Shown here: positions 59,655-64,000 of the stretch, piece after piece
Position numbering within the stretch: position 1 is the first letter of the stretch
Layout of the letters: every line of letters begins with the position of its first letter
NCBI GenBank assembly: GCA_035457705.1
Contig: DATIBD010000103.1
Span: 2,838 to 66,837 of the forward strand
Direction of reading: 5' to 3'
DNA from: Vicinamibacteria bacterium
GTDB taxonomy: Bacteria > Acidobacteriota > Vicinamibacteria > Marinacidobacterales > SMYC01
Length of the DNA stretch: 64,000 bases
Program-made: the position numbers and the translations under genes
The notes under the pieces: generated by a model
What the model was told of the DNA's origin: nothing
The model's database searches: none
What the model saw: only the letters and a program-made list of their open reading frames with translations

Positions 59655-60350
59655 TCACTTGTTGGTCTCCTTGGCGAGCTCCTTTTCGAGCTCCTCGAGT
59701 CGCCTCTCGACCTCTTTCATCCGCTCCTCGACTCGAGACAAGTCCAGCGTTTGAATTCTCTCGAGCTTCTCTTTCCAGGCTCCGCTCTCGAAACGCTCCG
59801 AAAGCTCACGCATGGCGTTCTGGAAAGCCTCCATCGCCTCGGGGTCGAGCCGCATCCCAGGCAGAGTCCAGGTCACGTCGGAATCGGGAAGCTCCTGCCG
59901 GTCGAGCAGGAGAGGGTATTCGGCAAAGTTGAAAACCTGTCGATCGCGCTCTTCGATCGGCACCGTAAAGCTCATCGCCGTCTTGTCTCGCAGCAGTTCG
60001 ACACTCACGCTGTCGCCCCTTTTCTTCCCGCGAATCGCGTGGGACAGACGCATGGGACTACCGATTGGCTGCGCGTCGACGGCGGTGATGATGTCGCCGA
60101 CGAGGATGCCGGCGACTTCGGCGGGTCCGCCATCGTCGACCTTCGACACGAGAACGCCCTCGTCTTCCGGTGCCCCAAAATGAGCTCTCAGCTCTGGGGT
60201 CATACCCTGCACCTGTAGGCCGAGATAGCCTCGGCCAATGGATTTCCACACGAAGGCGCCGGCGCGATGCGGAGGATCCACTTGAGCCGCGAGTCGTCCG
60301 GTCCATACGAGCGAGAGAAAAACCAGAAAAACCGTTCCTTTGCCTCTCAT
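59655..60350 (-). CDS. secreted PDZ-domain protein
   Basis: Signal peptide MRGKGTVFLVFLSLVWTGRLAA. PDZ core LGLQVQGMTPELRAHFGAPEDEGVLVSKVDDGGPAEVAGILVGDIITAVDAQPI. Coiled-coil tail. Overlaps the anti-sigma gene (operon). Confidence 0.7.
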   Translation of the reverse strand: MRGKGTVFLVFLSLVWTGRLAAQVDPPHRAGAFVWKSIGRGYLGLQVQGMTPELRAHFGAPEDEGVLVSKVDDGGPAEVAGILVGDIITAVDAQPIGSPMRLSHAIRGKKRGDSVSVELLRDKTAMSFTVPIEERDRQVFNFAEYPLLLDRQELPDSDVTWTLPGMRLDPEAMEAFQNAMRELSERFESGAWKEKLERIQTLDLSRVEERMKEVERRLEELEKELAKETNK

Positions 60351-60793
60351 CGTTGTTGCGCTCCTTTGGGAAATGTCTTGGGTCTCGACCTGTGGGAGAC
60401 GGGCTCGGCCTTGGCCGCCGTCCCTTCTTCGCCCACCTGCCTCAAATCGAGAACGAAATCGACTTGCTCGGTGCCCCCGAGCTCGAGCACCGGTTCGAGC
60501 TCCGTGGCGAGTCGCCTCAGCTTGGCGAGCTCGGACTCGAGCTCCCGATACTCACGGCGAAGTTGTTCGACGCGTTCGGCCGTTTTCGTTTGATCATTCC
60601 GGTTCGTCAGGAGGACCCCCGAGCCGAGCGCGAGGGCAGCCCCGAAAGCCAAAAGCGCCCGCCGGCGTGTGCGGCGCGCCCTCGAGCGATCGAGTTTCGC
60701 CATAACTGTCGTGGTGAAACCTGCGGATGCCTCCGCACGAGGCGCGCTCTTGATGAGACCACTCAAGTCCTCATCCGTCATACGGGTCATCAC
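60347..60793 (-). CDS. membrane-anchored anti-sigma factor (single TM)
   Basis: GTGATGA start/stop overlap with the ECF sigma gene. Cytoplasmic N-terminus; TM segment ALLAFGAALALGSGVLL; periplasmic coiled-coil. Confidence 0.6.
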   Translation of the reverse strand: MMTRMTDEDLSGLIKSAPRAEASAGFTTTVMAKLDRSRARRTRRRALLAFGAALALGSGVLLTNRNDQTKTAERVEQLRREYRELESELAKLRRLATELEPVLELGGTEQVDFVLDLRQVGEEGTAAKAEPVSHRSRPKTFPKGAQQR

Positions 60794-61347
60794 CGACCTC
60801 CATTCCAGTAGGGGGCGAGCAACTCCTTGAGCTTCGTGCGGCCGCGATGGATTCGCGACTTGATCGTCCCTTCTTCGCACGACAGGGCACGGGCGATCTC
60901 GCGATACGACCACCCCTCGACTTCGCGAAGCAACAAGGGAGAACGGTATTGAACCGGGAGGGCCGCCAGGGCTTCTTCGAGCCTCGAACGAAGCTCGTCC
61001 CTGAGGCACAACGACTGAGGGTTCTCCACGCTCCGAGCTCCATTGGACGAGAACATCCTCAGCAGCAGCTCGCGCCGACGGCTCTTGCGCTCTTCCGAAC
61101 GAAGAAGGTTTGTGCCGATGCGAAACAAGAATGGCACGAACAGGCCGCGCTCCTCGTAGCGGCCACGGCGCTCGTAGAGCCTTACGAACGTATCCTGGGC
61201 TAGCTCCTCGGCGCGGTTCCGGTCCCGGACAAGGGTGGCGAGAAAGCCGACGAGCCCGTTCTTGTGACGGTCGACGAGGGCCGCAAAAGCTGCGCGATCG
61301 CCGCGTTTGACTCGATCCATGAGCTCGCCGTCCGTCGGCAATTCCAT
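60790..61347 (-). CDS. ECF-subfamily RNA polymerase sigma-70 factor
   Basis: Region 2 (...ELAQDTFVRLYERRGRY...) and region 4 HTH (...WSYREIARALSCEEGTIKSRIHRGRTKLKELL). Confidence 0.85.
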   Translation of the reverse strand: MELPTDGELMDRVKRGDRAAFAALVDRHKNGLVGFLATLVRDRNRAEELAQDTFVRLYERRGRYEERGLFVPFLFRIGTNLLRSEERKSRRRELLLRMFSSNGARSVENPQSLCLRDELRSRLEEALAALPVQYRSPLLLREVEGWSYREIARALSCEEGTIKSRIHRGRTKLKELLAPYWNGGR

Positions 61348-61407
61348 CTCATCGGAATCAACGCGCGAGAGCGCGCAAAGTTCCACACCGCGTAGCCGTG
61401 GACCACA

Positions 61408-61650
61408 TCAGGCCGCATCGGAGACCATCTGCTCGGTCCGCTCCGGGCAAACGGGTGACCGAGCGCGAGCCGTCGACCGCTGAATGCGAGCCCGGGGCAG
61501 TCTGACCCCGAAAGCGGCGATCCACTTTAGGAGATGGAACGTCACCAGGAGGGCCAGCCAGAACATGACGCTCAACACGAAAACTCCAAGAATGAGAAGT
61601 TCGGTGTATATTATAGTGTAAATCGAGTAGAGATTCAAGACTCTTGACAC
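61408..61650 (-). CDS. small hypothetical membrane protein (80 aa, two hydrophobic helices)
   Basis: Hydrophobic YTELLILGVFVLSVMFWLALLVTFHLL. Locally lower GC. No homology recognised. Confidence 0.35.
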   Translation of the reverse strand: MSRVLNLYSIYTIIYTELLILGVFVLSVMFWLALLVTFHLLKWIAAFGVRLPRARIQRSTARARSPVCPERTEQMVSDAA

Positions 61651-61714
61651 GAAAGAGGTGGCAGAAAGGTGCGGAGCCCCTCCCGGAGAGAGGCTCCGCT
61701 TGGGTCGAAAGATA

Positions 61715-62278
61715 CTAGGTTCCGGCTTTCAGAGTCGTCTCGTAGCTCAGATCGCCCCAGGACATTTTCAAGGAGTCGCTCTCGAGCTCGATGGTGAAGA
61801 CATCCATCGCTTCGCCCGGCATCTTGCTCATCTTGATTCGAGCGACCTCCGAATCGGTCTTGTAACCCGCAAGCATCGGCCAGGGCTCTTTCGCCATCTC
61901 GGCCGGTGCCTCGGACCAAAGCTCCTTGAGAGGAACGCCCAGGTTCTTGTTCACGCACAAAGACCAGTCGCCCGCTGCGGGAGCGTGCACGTACAGGCTG
62001 TACTTGCCGGCCGGGATCGTGGCGTTCCCAATCTGAATGGGTCCTGCGGTCTCGAGCGTCGTGACCTGGTTCTCACCTGCGCGCCAGATGCGATCTTCGG
62101 GGAGGTCCTTCATCAGGTCCGAAATCGACCGGCCCTTCAAGGCAGGTCGACCGTAATCGATGACGACTTTGGTTCCGCTGACACTGGTCTCGGCCTTACC
62201 TCGCGGCTGGCGTTCTTGAGCGAGGCTCAAGGCGGCCACGGCGGCGAGGGAGCCCACGATGGCAAAGCGTTTCCACAT
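61715..62278 (-). CDS. secreted DUF2911-family protein
   Basis: Signal peptide MWKRFAIVGSLAAVAALSLAQE. Pattern ...VVIDYGRPALKGR...WRAGENQVTTLE...AGKYSLYV... characteristic of DUF2911. Confidence 0.65.
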   Translation of the reverse strand: MWKRFAIVGSLAAVAALSLAQERQPRGKAETSVSGTKVVIDYGRPALKGRSISDLMKDLPEDRIWRAGENQVTTLETAGPIQIGNATIPAGKYSLYVHAPAAGDWSLCVNKNLGVPLKELWSEAPAEMAKEPWPMLAGYKTDSEVARIKMSKMPGEAMDVFTIELESDSLKMSWGDLSYETTLKAGT

Positions 62279-62347
62279 AATTCTGTTACTCCTTACTGGG
62301 CCCCCTTCCGGGCGGCCCGGCTCAGTATAGCGCGCCAGAAATGGGAC

Positions 62348-63676
62348 TTAAGGAGAGTGCTCGGTCGTGTATCGATGATCCTCGTAGAGCCAAACCCGCC
62401 CGCGCCGGTAGAAGAGCCGTACGTAGACGGGGCTTCCGTCCACGGGAAGCCCACTCACCTTCGCCTCGGCTCGGGTTCCGAGAGAGCCGCTGTCGAAGAA
62501 GTCCCTCTTGCCCGGGCCGCTCCCCGCGAGAAGCCACCACTCCGCCACCGGGTACCCGCTTTGAAAACGAAACATCGCCTTGCCGTTCGAGATGGGGACG
62601 TCGGCACCGGGGAAGATTTCAGGAGAGGCGACTCGTGGCCGGAAATTCGCGAGGGTCGTCCGCAGACGTGCGATGGTGCGCGCGTTGTCCTGCCGTGCAG
62701 TTCCGAGCCTCCGGCCTCCGAGCGTGACCCTGGGGCTCGAGAATCGGGCGAAACGCCTGCCAGGCCCGTAGGCCATGATGGTGCGGTACCGGCTCGATGG
62801 ATCACGATAGCCGAAGGAATACTCGAAGGGTCCGCCAAAAGTAGAGGGGTCTTCTGGGGCGTGGTCGCAGCCGAGGTTGTGACCGAGCTCGTGGGCCAGA
62901 GCATAAGTCGAGTCGATGCAGCTCCACTCGACGACGGAGAATGCCCATGCGGAAAAGCCGGGGTTGTCCTCGCGCATGAGGTAAGCGATCCCGCAGCCAT
63001 CGGATTCCTCGACCACGAGCTGCACGAAATCGGCACCACGAGAATCGCGGAGCGCGTGGACTTCATCGAGTGCGCCGTCACCTGTGTGCGCGAGGATCTC
63101 GAGGTCTGATTCGACCCGGCCCGCCTCCTCATAGCTCACCTCTTGCATCTCTACGAGGCGCACTCGCGTGGGGACGCCGCTTTCTCGCAGCGCGAGGTTC
63201 GTCTCCGCCACGCCCAGCTGGACGAGGGCCTCCATCGAGCGACCTCCACCCGCCGAGAGCCGCGCTCGCGGAGTGTAAACGACGAGAAGGTCGAGAACGT
63301 CCCCCGTGTCGTTCAGCGCGCTCGGCGCGGCGGGACCGACCTGTGGAACCAGCGGCATTCTCTCGGGGACATCTGCCGCCGGTTGCACCCTCCGCGCGAG
63401 CCCCCCGCGCAAGCGATACTGTTCGGCGGACGTGCGGAGGGTTCCGACAAGAGCCCCTTCCTGCGCGGACAGCACCACCTCGCTTTCATCGTCGCCGACG
63501 AGGCGGCCAATCACGACGAAGCTCCTCGGCCCGGTCGCCAGGAGCTCATCGCGATGGATCCGAAAGCCAGCCAGTCCGAGCTCGTCTTGCCCGATGATTT
63601 CGACCGGAGGAAGATGCGGTGCCACGTCCGCCATGGGAACGAAGACAGAACCGAGGGACAACGCGACCCGCCACAT
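62348..63676 (-). CDS. secreted zinc metalloprotease, metzincin (reprolysin/M12B-like)
   Basis: HELGHNLGCDH is the HExxHxxGxxH zinc-binding motif. Signal peptide MWRVALSLGSVFVPMA at an internal start. Confidence 0.75.
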   Translation of the reverse strand: MWRVALSLGSVFVPMADVAPHLPPVEIIGQDELGLAGFRIHRDELLATGPRSFVVIGRLVGDDESEVVLSAQEGALVGTLRTSAEQYRLRGGLARRVQPAADVPERMPLVPQVGPAAPSALNDTGDVLDLLVVYTPRARLSAGGGRSMEALVQLGVAETNLALRESGVPTRVRLVEMQEVSYEEAGRVESDLEILAHTGDGALDEVHALRDSRGADFVQLVVEESDGCGIAYLMREDNPGFSAWAFSVVEWSCIDSTYALAHELGHNLGCDHAPEDPSTFGGPFEYSFGYRDPSSRYRTIMAYGPGRRFARFSSPRVTLGGRRLGTARQDNARTIARLRTTLANFRPRVASPEIFPGADVPISNGKAMFRFQSGYPVAEWWLLAGSGPGKRDFFDSGSLGTRAEAKVSGLPVDGSPVYVRLFYRRGRVWLYEDHRYTTEHSP

Positions 63677-63686
63677 GATCACCACG

Positions 63687-63992
63687 CTACCAGAGCTCGA
63701 GGAACAGGAAAACGGCCACACCGGTGACGGAGACGTAGAGCCACACCGGAAACGTGATCCGGGCGAAGCGCCGGTGGCGCTCGAACCGGCCGCTGGCAGC
63801 GAAGAAGAGCGTCGCGAGAACAAGAGGCAGTCCGACGATCGAAAGAACGATATGTGATATCAAGATCGAAAAATACACAGGTCGAACGATTCCCTCTCCG
63901 GGGAACGGGGTGTCTCCCTGGTAATGATGGTACACGATGTAGCTCACGAGAAAGCAGACCGCGACGAGGACCGCTGTGAGCATGAGCTTCAT
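63687..63992 (-). CDS. DUF420-family small membrane protein
   Basis: Three TM helices with ...YHHYQG..., FSILISHIVLSIVGLPLVLATLFFA, ...HRRFARITFPVWLYVSVTGVAVF as in DUF420. Confidence 0.65.
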   Translation of the reverse strand: MKLMLTAVLVAVCFLVSYIVYHHYQGDTPFPGEGIVRPVYFSILISHIVLSIVGLPLVLATLFFAASGRFERHRRFARITFPVWLYVSVTGVAVFLFLELW

Positions 63993-64000
63993 GTGGAGCG

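Overview
High-GC (about 65-70%) bacterial chromosomal segment. The gene content points to Acidobacteria: three paralogous MacB/FtsX-type 'ADOP' permeases, two of them paired with PadR regulators. About 55 protein-coding genes can be supported; no rRNA, tRNA, CRISPR array, transposase or integrase was recognised. Housekeeping and envelope genes are interleaved with an unusually dense set of small type II toxin-antitoxin (TA) modules: brnTA, two vapBC, DUF433/DUF5615 and relE/RHH. All but one of these modules carry an apparent inactivating lesion: a frameshift, a missing start codon, or an in-frame fusion. In several cases the lesion sits at a homopolymer run. Other points worth a second look: (1) the one intact vapBC cassette is bracketed by about 550-bp direct repeats that duplicate the 3' end of the neighbouring lipoprotein gene; (2) an orphan MutL/MORC-like GHKL ATPase sits behind a 500-bp non-coding region that carries a candidate small-RNA/terminator signature; (3) a four-gene prkA-yeaH-spoVR-prkA cluster contains two PrkA AAA+ kinase paralogues and sits next to a radical-SAM/SPASM enzyme; (4) a fused mannose-6-phosphate isomerase/phosphohexomutase gene follows pgm; (5) a 1561-aa secreted beta-propeller/PKD/Ig-repeat protein ends in a variant metallophosphoesterase domain. 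Coordinates are taken from the supplied ORF track, with internal starts chosen from signal-peptide or RBS evidence. All homology calls are from motif recognition by eye and have not been checked against a database.
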